From positions 80,922-144,921 of the forward strand of contig DATKNN010000013.1 of the NCBI GenBank assembly GCA_035541355.1: a DNA stretch of 64,000 bases, written 5' to 3'. Position 1 is the stretch's first letter. Each line of letters starts with the position of its first letter. A program made the translations under genes and the position numbers. The notes beneath the pieces were generated by a model. That model did no database searches and was not told the origin of the DNA. It saw nothing but the letters and a program-made list of their open reading frames with translations. Source of the DNA: Puia sp. GTDB lineage: Bacteria; Bacteroidota; Bacteroidia; Chitinophagales; Chitinophagaceae. Positions 1 through 9,521 of the stretch are shown in pieces.

Positions 1-1
1 C

Positions 2-2263
2 CTACCGCCTGTTGTATCTGCCGGCACTGCACAAACCATTACTCTACCAGTTAGCTCTGTGACCTTAACGGGAACTGCGACTGATGCCACGGGAACTATA
101 TCTTCTTATCAATGGACAGAAGTTTCCGGTCCAAATACAGCAACATTCTCCAATGCCACTTCTGTTTCAACAACAGTTTCGGGCCTGGTTGCAGGCACTT
201 ACGTGTTTCAATTGAAAGCAACCGATAACGGAGGATTATCCGGTACTGGAACTGTAACTATTATTGTGAATGCGGCACCTAATCAACCTCCTGTTGCCAA
301 TGCCGGGTCAAATCAAACGATAACATTACCAACCAAAACGGTTTCAGTCGATGGTTCAGCATCAAAAGACCCTGATGGAGTGATAGTTTCTTTTAACTGG
401 TCACAAATTTCTGGTCCGTCACAAGCATCAATCACAAGTTCTTCCAGTATATCCACAACAATAACAAATCTGATTCAGGGTACTTATGTTTTTCTGCTTA
501 CGGTAACTGACAATAATGGGGCTACAGGAAAAGATTCTATTTCTATTGTAGTAAACCCGGCGCCTAATCAGCCACCTGTTGCAAATGCTGGAACAAGCAC
601 TACCATAACTTTACCTGCAAACTCAACATCTTTAGATGGAACTAAGTCATACGATCCTGACGGATCTATTGTTTCATACAATTGGACCGAGCTATCTGGC
701 CCATCTTCCGCAACCATTAGCGGGGCTTTAACAGCAACACCTACTGTTTCCAATTTAGTGGCCGGGAAATATATTTTTCAACTTACTGTAACAGATAATA
801 GCGGTGCATCTTCATCGGCTCAGGTAAATGTTACAGTTAATTCATCAACCAATACAAACCCGGTTGCTAATGCTGGTGCAAATCAAAATATTACATTGCC
901 TGTAAATTCAGTTTCTGTTGATGGCAGTGCTTCTATAGCACCTCCAAGCTCATCAATTGTAAGTTTTGCATGGCTTGAAGTTTCAGGACCTTCATCTGCT
1001 ACAATTGCCAATCCAACTAATGTAAGTACTTCTATTAACAATTTAATTCAGGGTACTTATATTTTCCAGCTTACTGTGACGGACAACAATGGCAATAAAG
1101 GTGTAGACTCAATGAGTGTAACTGTAAATGCAGCGGCAAATAAACCACCGATTGCGAACGCAGGTACTGCTAAAACGATTACATTACCTGTAAACTCAGT
1201 TACTTTAGACGGCACAAAATCATATGATCTGGATGGCACCATAGTATCTTACAATTGGGCACAATTATCAGGGCCGTCAACTGCAACAATCACCGGAAGC
1301 TCGACTGCGACGGCAACAGCAGCTGGCCTTGTTGCAGGCCAGTATATACTCCAATTAACAGTTACGGATAATAACGGGTCTAGCAGTTCCGCTCAGGTTA
1401 AGATAACCGTACTTGCAGCTCTTAATCAACCGCCGGTGGCAAATGCCGGTTCTAACCAAACCGTTACGTTGCCCGTAAATACTGTTACTCTTGATGGCTC
1501 TAATTCATATGATCCTGACGGAACAATAGCTTCATACAACTGGATAAAAGCTTCTGGAACAGGGGCCGTTACCATTACCAATTCAAACACGGCCAAACCT
1601 ACGGTTTCAGGATTACAAACAGGTTCCTATGTGTTTCAATTAACAGTTACTGACAATTCCGGGGCCAGCGCCAATGCTCAGGTAACCGTAACCGTTAATG
1701 CGGCAATTATCAACCCGCCTCCTGTTGCCAATGCAGGCAACGATACAACCATCGCATTACCGTCAAATAGTGCAACCTTAAATGGAAGTGCATCAACGGC
1801 ACCTTCCGGAAATATCGTAAGTTACCAATGGGTGCAAGTAAGTGGGCCTGGTACAGCGGTTGTTTCTTCTCCTGGCTCTGCAATAACAGATGTAAATACC
1901 TTGATAGCAGGTGTGTACTTATTTGAATTAACAATAACCGACAATCTTGGTGCAACTGCAAAAGATACAGTGCAAATTACCGTAGTAGATAATGAACGTC
2001 TTGCACCGAAACAATCATTATTGTTGTATCCTAATCCAACCTCAAATACACTTAACATGCAAATAACCGGCGATACAACCGGGGACCTGAAAGTAGTTAT
2101 TTACGATATTCGCGGTAATATTTCAATGGTGCAGGAATATAGCAAAACAGCAAGTTTTTTTAGCACCCCTATTGATGTATCCAGATTATTTGGCGGCACT
2201 TACTTACTACAAGCTACAATCAATAATAAAACTGTTATGACCGGCAAGTTTATAAAACAATAA
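2..2263 (+). CDS. PKD/K319-like Ig-repeat surface protein with type A T9SS C-terminal sorting domain (5' end outside the window)
   Basis: Frame is open from base 2 (LPPVVSAGTAQTITLP...). Seven ~95-aa repeats of the form NxPPVANAG...GxYxFxLTVTDNxG, ending in LLLYPNPT...GTYLLQ...GKFIKQ, a typical Por secretion tail. Confidence 0.9.
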   Translation, partial: LPPVVSAGTAQTITLPVSSVTLTGTATDATGTISSYQWTEVSGPNTATFSNATSVSTTVSGLVAGTYVFQLKATDNGGLSGTGTVTIIVNAAPNQPPVANAGSNQTITLPTKTVSVDGSASKDPDGVIVSFNWSQISGPSQASITSSSSISTTITNLIQGTYVFLLTVTDNNGATGKDSISIVVNPAPNQPPVANAGTSTTITLPANSTSLDGTKSYDPDGSIVSYNWTELSGPSSATISGALTATPTVSNLVAGKYIFQLTVTDNSGASSSAQVNVTVNSSTNTNPVANAGANQNITLPVNSVSVDGSASIAPPSSSIVSFAWLEVSGPSSATIANPTNVSTSINNLIQGTYIFQLTVTDNNGNKGVDSMSVTVNAAANKPPIANAGTAKTITLPVNSVTLDGTKSYDLDGTIVSYNWAQLSGPSTATITGSSTATATAAGLVAGQYILQLTVTDNNGSSSSAQVKITVLAALNQPPVANAGSNQTVTLPVNTVTLDGSNSYDPDGTIASYNWIKASGTGAVTITNSNTAKPTVSGLQTGSYVFQLTVTDNSGASANAQVTVTVNAAIINPPPVANAGNDTTIALPSNSATLNGSASTAPSGNIVSYQWVQVSGPGTAVVSSPGSAITDVNTLIAGVYLFELTITDNLGATAKDTVQITVVDNERLAPKQSLLLYPNPTSNTLNMQITGDTTGDLKVVIYDIRGNISMVQEYSKTASFFSTPIDVSRLFGGTYLLQATINNKTVMTGKFIKQ

Positions 2264-2280
2264 ATTAAGAACACAGCACA

Positions 2281-2317
2281 AAAAAGAAGAATGAGCCGTC
2301 TCATTCTTCTTTTTTTT
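2281..2317 (+). terminator. Rho-independent terminator, possibly bidirectional
   Basis: Perfect 15-bp stem AAAAAGAAGAATGAG-ccgt-CTCATTCTTCTTTTT plus a T tract, 17 nt after the PKD gene stop. Confidence 0.85.
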
Positions 2318-2360
2318 AATAAAGGACCTCGAATGTTAAACTGTTTTAATAAACTTTTTT

Positions 2361-2368
2361 TATTTTTG
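2361..2368 (+). promoter_or_regulatory. Possible Bacteroidota -7 promoter box for the flippase
   Basis: TATTTTTG matches TAnnTTTG, ~160 nt upstream of the flippase start. The region is AT-rich, so a chance match is possible. Confidence 0.35.
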
Positions 2369-2424
2369 AACATACTGTTTTGGGTTCAAATAAATATAGC
2401 TGACACCACGTTAAAAGTTCAGTA

Positions 2425-2438
2425 ATGACAAAAGTTAT
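2425..2438. promoter_or_regulatory. Crp/Fnr-like imperfect palindrome
   Basis: ATGAC-AAAA-GTTAT, one mismatch from a perfect ATGAC-N4-GTCAT. Resembles the boxes at 4101 and 43582-43617. Confidence 0.35.
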
Positions 2439-2530
2439 CGTTGCAAGCAATTCTTAGTTGACCCTCAATAATTGTATGTACTTACTTAATATCAAGCTGT
2501 TTTTACTTTTCTTCAATAAAATTTGTTTTT

Positions 2531-3886
2531 TTGAAAAAGATATTTTCCTCATATTGGACCCGTTCTGCATTTTATTCTATCTCACAAAGATTTTCTACCT
2601 CGTTGATGGGCCTTATTAATTTCATGCTTCTTATAAGGCAATTAACAAAAGCTCAAATGAGTGTTTGGGCTTTGTTCCTGATTATTACTACAATTTTTGA
2701 AACCACTAAAAGCGGGCTGTTAAAAGGTGCTCATATAAAATATGTAAGCTCAACAGACAACCATATCGAAAAAGTCTTAATAGGCTCAAGCTCCTTACTA
2801 ATAAATATCCTTATAACTGTTCTTTTTATTGTTGTCTTATTTCTTGTTTCCAATAATCTTGGAGTCTGGTTGCATACAGGCCCTGATCTGGTTATGATGC
2901 TAGAATATTATATCCCGGGGCTTTTCTTCATGGTATTATTCTCACACCTGGAAGCTACACAACAATCACATTTTGATTTTAAAGGTGTATTCGCAGGTTA
3001 TTTTATCAGGCAGTTAATCTTTTTCCTATTTATTGTATTTGATACATTCATGAAAGCCCCTTTTTCCCTTGTTAAACTTGCGATTTATCAATCTATCAGC
3101 ACTGGTGTAGGAACTTTGATCATCTATTTTTACACACGAAAGTACTTGCATCACAAATTCAAATACAGTAAAACAGGTACAAAAAAATTACTTTCCTTTG
3201 GAGGATACCTGTTTGGTTCAGGGGTGGTATCAAATATTTTTCTTAATCTCGACCAGCTTATGACGGCAGCTTTCCTATCCCCTGTTTCTGTGGCTTATTA
3301 TAATGCGGCATCAAGAATCAATCAATTTATTGATATCCCCACTTACTCTGCTTCAGAGATACTTTTTCCGAAAGTTTCAAGGGCATCATCGCTTGAAGGG
3401 ATGGAAAAAGTGAAATACCTGTTTGAAAGGATGGCGGGTATTTTACTTTCTTTTACAATACCTGTATCAGTTTTCATTATTCTTTTTCCAAAACTCGTAA
3501 TTACTGTTATTGCAGGTTCAGCGTACCTTGTTGCGGCACCGATTTTACAATTAAACATGTTAACAGGTGTTTTTCGTCCCATGCAAAACCAGGCTGCCAA
3601 TGTTTTAAATTCTATAGGTAAAACAGGATTAAGTTTTCTGATCAATCTGATCTTTTTAGTTTCAAATCTTGGCATAGATTATTTGTGCCTTAGCTATTTC
3701 GGGTTTTACGGAGCCGCGATAGGTTCACTGATCACTATGTCCGCAGCATCTCTTATTTGGTACGCTGTCCCGAAAAAGCAAATTGGCTTTGAACCTAAAA
3801 ATTTGTTCGTTAACCTGCTCAATTTTTACAAAAGTGTTCCCCCAATGGTGTCAGGGTTTATTAGCAGCCTGAAAAAAACAAGCTAG
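2531..3886 (+). CDS. Wzx-like oligosaccharide flippase (polysaccharide biosynthesis / MOP superfamily)
   Basis: 451 aa, about 12 hydrophobic segments, LDQLMTAAFLSPVSVAYYNAASR motif typical of flippases. TTG start. Confidence 0.85.
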   Translation: MKKIFSSYWTRSAFYSISQRFSTSLMGLINFMLLIRQLTKAQMSVWALFLIITTIFETTKSGLLKGAHIKYVSSTDNHIEKVLIGSSSLLINILITVLFIVVLFLVSNNLGVWLHTGPDLVMMLEYYIPGLFFMVLFSHLEATQQSHFDFKGVFAGYFIRQLIFFLFIVFDTFMKAPFSLVKLAIYQSISTGVGTLIIYFYTRKYLHHKFKYSKTGTKKLLSFGGYLFGSGVVSNIFLNLDQLMTAAFLSPVSVAYYNAASRINQFIDIPTYSASEILFPKVSRASSLEGMEKVKYLFERMAGILLSFTIPVSVFIILFPKLVITVIAGSAYLVAAPILQLNMLTGVFRPMQNQAANVLNSIGKTGLSFLINLIFLVSNLGIDYLCLSYFGFYGAAIGSLITMSAASLIWYAVPKKQIGFEPKNLFVNLLNFYKSVPPMVSGFISSLKKTS

Positions 3887-3907
3887 CCATATTTATTTTT
3901 GGGCTAA

Positions 3908-3933
3908 TAAAAAAAGTGGTTATAAAACCACTT
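3908..3933 (-). terminator. Rho-independent terminator for tRNA-Arg, may also serve the flippase
   Basis: Stem AAGTGGTT-ataa-AACCACTT preceded on the + strand by an A run, i.e. a U tract on the minus strand. Confidence 0.65.
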
Positions 3934-3956
3934 CTCCTAAGTAAATACATTTTTCG

Positions 3957-4030
<74 letters not shown>

Positions 4031-4046
4031 ATTTTTGTTTAAGCTG

Positions 4047-4054
4047 CAAAAGTA
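4047..4054 (-). promoter_or_regulatory. Bacteroidota -7 promoter box of tRNA-Arg
   Basis: Minus strand reads TACTTTTG(CAGC), an exact TAnnTTTG, 16 nt upstream of the tRNA 5' end. Confidence 0.75.
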
Positions 4055-4100
4055 AAAAAATGTTCGCCACCTGCCAAACACCATGCTGATTTAATTTCCA

Positions 4101-4114
4101 CTGACAAAAATCAT
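4101..4114. promoter_or_regulatory. Crp/Fnr-like box upstream of fusA2
   Basis: CTGAC-AAAA-ATCAT (TGA-N6-TCA), 50 nt before the EF-G2 start codon. Confidence 0.45.
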
Positions 4115-4164
4115 TTTTCATTCCAGCCTGCATTGCTTAACTTCCTTAGCAAATTCAGCTTGTC

Positions 4165-6303
4165 ATGTCAAATTTTGATACTTCACATGTAAAAAATATT
4201 GTTTTGCTCGGCCACGCCGGCTGCGGTAAAACGACTCTGTCTGAAAGTATGCTTTTTGAAGCGGGACTTATTACCCGCCGCGGTTCCGTTGAAGAAAAAA
4301 ATACAGTTGCAGATTTTTATGAATTGGAACAAGAACGCGGAAATTCTATTTTTTCAAAATTATTACATACGCAATGGCGAGGATACAAAATAAATATTCT
4401 TGATACACCCGGTTATGATGACTTTGCGGGAGAAGTTATTTCTTCGCTGCGTGTCGCAGACACGGGTGTGATGCTGCTTAATGCCAATTTTGGAGTAGAA
4501 GTTGGCGCTGATATTATATGGGAATATACCGAACATTTTAAAACCCCCATGATTTTTGCTGTAAACAAATTAGATCTTGACAAAGCTGATTTCGACAAAA
4601 CAGTTGCACAGGCAAAAGATCATTTTGGCAGGAATGTGGTTGTCGTGCAATACCCGTTGAACCAGGGGCTGGAATTTGATTCCATAATAGATGTGTTAAG
4701 AATGACCATGTATAAATTCCCACCTCAGGGCGGCAAACCGGAAAAACTGCCGATACCGGACAATGAAAAAGATAAAGCCGACAGCCTGCACAAAGAACTG
4801 ATTGAAGCCATTGCAGAGAACGATGAAACATTAATGGAAAAATATTTCGACAAAGGAGAATTGGATGAGGACGAAATGAAAGCAGGATTAAAAAAAGCGA
4901 TGATTAATCACGACTTATTTCCAGTATTCTGTATATCCGCTAAAAAGAATATGGGAAGCGGAAGGCTGATGGGGTTTATTGATAATGTTTGTCCAAGCGC
5001 CAATGAAATGCCCCCACAAAAAACAAAATCAGGAGAAAAATTATCATGTGATGCGAATGGGCCGGCATGCATTTTTATTTATAAAACAATCTCCGAACCA
5101 CATATTGGCGAAATGTCTTTCTTTAAAGTATATTCAGGCACCGTTAAATCCGGCATGGAACTGGTGAACGAATCGAATGGAGTTACAGAAAAATTAAATC
5201 AGTTATTTATTGTTGAAGGCGCAAAAAGAACAGCCGTTAATGAGTTATCAGCCGGAGATATTGGCGCCACCATTAAATTAAAGCATACCCATGTAAATAA
5301 CACACTTCATGCCCGAGGCAAAAATTATGAACTCCCACCTATTGAATTTCCCTCACCCTTAATGAGTGTTGCCATTGAACCTGCTCAAAAAGGAGATGAG
5401 GAAAAATTATCAATTGCCTTACACCAGGTTCAGGAAGAAGACCCTACTGTAGTTGTTGAAGTATCCCAGGAACTGCGACAAACTATTATTCACTGTCAGG
5501 GTGAATTACATCTTTCCGTAATAAAATGGCGGTTGGAACATATTTCAAAAAATCTTGCAGTAAAATTTGCAAAAACACGCATACCTTACCGTGAAACAAT
5601 AAGGAAATCAATTCAATCAAATTATCGTCACAAAAAACAGTCGGGTGGTGCCGGACAATTTGCCGAGGTCTATATTCAGGTGGAGCCTTGGCGGGAAGGT
5701 ATGCCTGACCCCAAAGGTTTTTCAGTTCGTGGGCGAGATGAATATAAACTGGAATGGGGAGGTAAGTTGGTTTTTCTGAATTGCATTGTTGGTGGAGCAA
5801 TCGATCAGCGGTTCCTTCCATCCATATTAAAAGGCGTAATGGAAAAAATGCAGGTAGGCCCATTAACAGGCTCCTACGTACGTGATGTTCGAGTGAGCGT
5901 ATACGATGGTAAAATGCACCCTGTTGACTCAAATGACATATCTTTTAAAATTGCCGGTTTAATGGCATTTAAACAAGCTTTCCAACAGGCAGATCCGCAA
6001 ATACTCGAGCCCGTTTATACTATTACGGTTCTTTGCCCGGACGACCTTACCGGGGGCATCATCAGCGATTTGCAAACACGAAGGGCCATTATGGAAGGGA
6101 TGGATACCGAAGGGCATTTTACAAAAATAACCGCCAGGGTTCCATTAGCAGAAATGTCTGATTATTCATCTTCATTGCGCTCCATCACACAAGGCCGTGC
6201 AAAGTTCAGAATGGAGTTTCATGAATATGTTCCCGTACCTTTTGATATACAAAAGAAGTTAATCGATGAATATCACAAAGTTGCTTTGAAAGAAGAGGTA
6301 TGA
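4165..6303 (+). CDS. fusA2: Elongation factor G paralog (EF-G2 type)
   Basis: 712 aa. G1 GHAGCGKTT, G2 ERGNSI, G3 DTPGY, G4 NKLD, domain IV YRETI/KKQSGGAGQF and HPVDSNDISF. Stand-alone, not in an rpsL-rpsG operon. Confidence 0.92.
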   Translation: MSNFDTSHVKNIVLLGHAGCGKTTLSESMLFEAGLITRRGSVEEKNTVADFYELEQERGNSIFSKLLHTQWRGYKINILDTPGYDDFAGEVISSLRVADTGVMLLNANFGVEVGADIIWEYTEHFKTPMIFAVNKLDLDKADFDKTVAQAKDHFGRNVVVVQYPLNQGLEFDSIIDVLRMTMYKFPPQGGKPEKLPIPDNEKDKADSLHKELIEAIAENDETLMEKYFDKGELDEDEMKAGLKKAMINHDLFPVFCISAKKNMGSGRLMGFIDNVCPSANEMPPQKTKSGEKLSCDANGPACIFIYKTISEPHIGEMSFFKVYSGTVKSGMELVNESNGVTEKLNQLFIVEGAKRTAVNELSAGDIGATIKLKHTHVNNTLHARGKNYELPPIEFPSPLMSVAIEPAQKGDEEKLSIALHQVQEEDPTVVVEVSQELRQTIIHCQGELHLSVIKWRLEHISKNLAVKFAKTRIPYRETIRKSIQSNYRHKKQSGGAGQFAEVYIQVEPWREGMPDPKGFSVRGRDEYKLEWGGKLVFLNCIVGGAIDQRFLPSILKGVMEKMQVGPLTGSYVRDVRVSVYDGKMHPVDSNDISFKIAGLMAFKQAFQQADPQILEPVYTITVLCPDDLTGGIISDLQTRRAIMEGMDTEGHFTKITARVPLAEMSDYSSSLRSITQGRAKFRMEFHEYVPVPFDIQKKLIDEYHKVALKEEV

Positions 6304-6306
6304 ATA

Positions 6307-7491
6307 TTATTCGGTTGAATTATTCTCAAGAATTTCCCAGAATTCACGGGCACGCACTTGCCAGCTATTTTGTTCAGCCACCTCAATACGACGTTTCTTT
6401 TTTTCCTCATCATTATTTTCAATAGCCTTATCAATTAGTTGAATAAATTCCTCATCGCTATTTGCAACATAAGCAACTTCCCGGAAGGCATTGATGTCTT
6501 CCGAAAAATTGGTGGTGATCACCGGTTTCCCTGCTGCCAGATATTCGTTAATTTTTAAAGGATAGATACTTCTGGTAAGAACATTTTTCTTGAAGGGAAC
6601 AATAACACAATCGAAATGCTGCAGGTAGGGCAGAATTTCATCAACTTTTTTACCGCCAGCAAAGACAAGGTTTTCTTCTCTGCTCAAATCAATATTTTCA
6701 TAGTCCTTGCTGGAAACGGGCCCTATAAAAAACAATATTTTATCACGATGCGCCTCTGCAATTTTTTTTACCAGCTCAAAATCCATTCTATATTCAATAC
6801 TCCCGACATAGCCAATTATCTTTTTTGAAATGCCGGCAAGATCATCAGGCACTTTCATTTTCAGCAGTGCAGCCTTTTTAAAAAGCTCACTATCGACCCC
6901 GTTAGGATGAAAATAAACATTTTTGGCATGCTCCTTTTTCAGCCTTGTTAATTCCCTGGACGTGCATAACACAATATCCGAGTTTTGCATAACATCGATC
7001 TCCAGTCTTTCTCCATGCCTTTTTGAATAAGCCACCTGGGAAATATCATCCATCGATTGATAAATGGTCTTCACCGGATTCACCCCCTTGGGCATGTGCT
7101 GCAGAAAGTAAGGATCGAAAAAATTTATGTACACAAAATTGGTGATATTAAATTCCTTTATCAGTCTCCGCAATGATTTGGCAACAATTTTATTGTTAAT
7201 CTCTTTTAACCAGTTATAAAGACGGCCATTGGGAAGAAAATTTATAGGCAGGGTAAGATTTGGAGTAGCTACAACGATGTTTTTTTCTGGTGATGATATT
7301 TCATTTACTTTAACTTTTTCTTTACGAAAGAACTTATGATAAACGAAGTCTTTTAATGAAAGTGGATGATTAATATAAAATACCCTATTTGTTTTTGCAA
7401 GCTCTCTGACAAGCCAAGTAGCAGGAGATTGAATTTCAGATTCCCATCTTACCAAAGAGAGACAAATAATGTCGTAATTTTTTTTCATCAA
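6307..7491 (-). CDS. Glycosyltransferase, GT-B fold (GT4 / TuaH-like)
   Basis: IIGYVGSIEYRMD and YPLKINEYLAAGKPVITT motifs. Confidence 0.9.
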   Translation of the reverse strand: MMKKNYDIICLSLVRWESEIQSPATWLVRELAKTNRVFYINHPLSLKDFVYHKFFRKEKVKVNEISSPEKNIVVATPNLTLPINFLPNGRLYNWLKEINNKIVAKSLRRLIKEFNITNFVYINFFDPYFLQHMPKGVNPVKTIYQSMDDISQVAYSKRHGERLEIDVMQNSDIVLCTSRELTRLKKEHAKNVYFHPNGVDSELFKKAALLKMKVPDDLAGISKKIIGYVGSIEYRMDFELVKKIAEAHRDKILFFIGPVSSKDYENIDLSREENLVFAGGKKVDEILPYLQHFDCVIVPFKKNVLTRSIYPLKINEYLAAGKPVITTNFSEDINAFREVAYVANSDEEFIQLIDKAIENNDEEKKKRRIEVAEQNSWQVRAREFWEILENNSTE

Positions 7492-7991
7492 GATCCTGTT
7501 AATTATTAAGCCTTAAAAACCAACTATTGTTTATGTGTAAAATAACAAATTAACAAAAACCCCTACAGGTGCTAACCTGCAAAAAGCGCTTAAAATACAT
7601 TTCTGCCTTTTTTAAATATCCCATCTTTATATTGACAAGCTAATAACATTGATAATATTTCCTTATTAAAAAGGTTATCGTGGAAAAACTACCATATAAG
7701 CAAAGCACTGGTTATGGAATGTGAAAATATATACTATTAAATAGTGGTGAAGTAATAAATTTTTCTTTCATTTACCCCTCTTGCAACAAAAATAGATTAA
7801 AATATTAATAAATATTACACCACTGGCTAAAAATACTGAATAACATTAGGTGCATATGTTGCAAGATTATGTACATAATCAGCCCCTCTTGGCAGCGAAA
7901 ATATCACAAATTCGGGTTACCGTAAGTAAATCAAAAGTTAATACTGAACTTTGCTTATTTTGTTACTGATAAATTTTTCAATCGGAATACC

Positions 7992-8663
7992 ATGGACGTT
8001 AAAATAGAACCAAGTTGGAAGGAAATTTTGAAAGAAGAATTCTCAAAACACTATTTTTTACAGCTAACAGAATTCCTCAAAGAGGAAAAAAAAGCAGGAA
8101 AAATCATTTATCCCCCCGGACCGCTTATTTTCAATGCCTTTAATACAACCCCTTTCGATAAAGTTAAAGTTGTTCTTCTAGGGCAGGACCCATATCATGG
8201 TCCCGGGCAGGCACACGGATTAAGCTTTTCAGTTCCTAACGGCGTGGCACAACCGCCATCACTGGTAAATATTTTTAAAGAACTGCATCATGATATGGGC
8301 ATCAAGATCCCCCCCCATGGCAACCTGACACATTGGGCAGAACAGGGAGTCATGTTGCTCAATGCCTCGTTAACTGTAAGGGCCAATGAACCCATGAGCC
8401 ATTCAAAAATTGGATGGGCAGAGTTTACAGATTCGGTAATTCACCTCATATCTTATCATAAAAATAATATCGTGTTTTTGCTTTGGGGCAAATTTGCCCA
8501 GGAAAAGCAATCGCTTATTAATGCAGAGAAACACCTGGTGCTGAAAGCAGCGCACCCGTCTCCATTTTCTGCAGATAAGGGCTTTTTTGGATGCAGGCAT
8601 TTCTCGAAAACAAATGATTATTTAAAAAAAAATGGAATTGCCCCTATCGACTGGCAGATATAG
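7992..8663 (+). CDS. ung: Uracil-DNA glycosylase, family 1
   Basis: GQDPYH and HPSP catalytic motifs, [11 protein letters not shown]. Confidence 0.98.
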   Translation: MDVKIEPSWKEILKEEFSKHYFLQLTEFLKEEKKAGKIIYPPGPLIFNAFNTTPFDKVKVVLLGQDPYHGPGQAHGLSFSVPNGVAQPPSLVNIFKELHHDMGIKIPPHGNLTHWAEQGVMLLNASLTVRANEPMSHSKIGWAEFTDSVIHLISYHKNNIVFLLWGKFAQEKQSLINAEKHLVLKAAHPSPFSADKGFFGCRHFSKTNDYLKKNGIAPIDWQI

Positions 8664-8702
8664 CATACGGAAATATTCATTATTTTCAACCGAACGTTCA
8701 AT

Positions 8703-9446
8703 ATGAAAATATTTAAAGAAATATTCGGGCGAATATGGGCAACATGGGGCTTAATCGCTTTTGTCAGTACCATGATTATTTTTTTGATACCCTTCTTTTT
8801 GTTTTGCTATTTCCGGAAAGATCCGCAAAAAACGGACGCATTCATTTCCATGTCACGTGTATGGATGAAGGTTTTTTTAACATTGGTTGGGTGCCCAATC
8901 ACTGTAAGAGGGAAAAAAAATTTCAAAAAAGGCGAAACCTACATTGTGGTAACTAATCACAATTCGTTTCTGGATATCCCGATTTCATGCCCTTTCATTC
9001 CCGGCGGCAATAAAACCATTGCAAAAATTGAGCTTTCAAAAATACCGGTGTTCGGCTTATTATATAAAACAGGCAGTGTGCTGGTTGATAGAAAAAATGA
9101 AGCCAGCCGCAGAGAAAGTTTTACCAGAATGAAGGAAGTTCTTTCCATGGGGCTACACATGAGCATTTATCCCGAAGGAACACGTAATACGACAAACGAA
9201 CCGTTAAAAAATTTTTATGACGGAGCTTTCAGGCTGGCTATTGATACGCAAAAAAAAATTATACCGGCACTAATCTTCAATACCCGGAAATCAATGCCTG
9301 CAGATAAAATATTTTTCCTTTTGCCGAATATTCTTTCCATGCATTTCCTGTCACCGGTTGAAGTTGCCCCAAGTGACACGGTTCAAAGCCTGAAACAAAG
9401 AATTTTTACGATAATGAAAGATTATTACGTAGCTAACCGGCACTAA
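8703..9446 (+). CDS. plsC: 1-acyl-sn-glycerol-3-phosphate acyltransferase
   Basis: NHNSFLD (HxxxxD) and YPEGTRN acyltransferase motifs, N-terminal TM segment. Confidence 0.88.
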   Translation: MKIFKEIFGRIWATWGLIAFVSTMIIFLIPFFLFCYFRKDPQKTDAFISMSRVWMKVFLTLVGCPITVRGKKNFKKGETYIVVTNHNSFLDIPISCPFIPGGNKTIAKIELSKIPVFGLLYKTGSVLVDRKNEASRRESFTRMKEVLSMGLHMSIYPEGTRNTTNEPLKNFYDGAFRLAIDTQKKIIPALIFNTRKSMPADKIFFLLPNILSMHFLSPVEVAPSDTVQSLKQRIFTIMKDYYVANRH

Positions 9447-9521
9447 TAAAAAAGAAATCAGGCTGGCTTTAAACCCGGTTTAAAATACCTGTTCACTATA
9501 TACAGTTTATTATTGTTGTAT

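Noticed and set aside
6301-6309. Convergent fusA2 and glycosyltransferase stops 3 nt apart as antisense regulation
   Set aside because: Tight convergent packing also occurs at 31600/31603 and elsewhere in the window, so it is not distinctive without transcript data.
7492-7991. 500-bp AT-rich gap between the glycosyltransferase and ung as a hidden gene or sRNA
   Set aside because: Only very short ORFs and no stable hairpin or known RNA motif; consistent with divergent promoters (a TAnnTTTG match lies at 7787-7794 on the minus strand).
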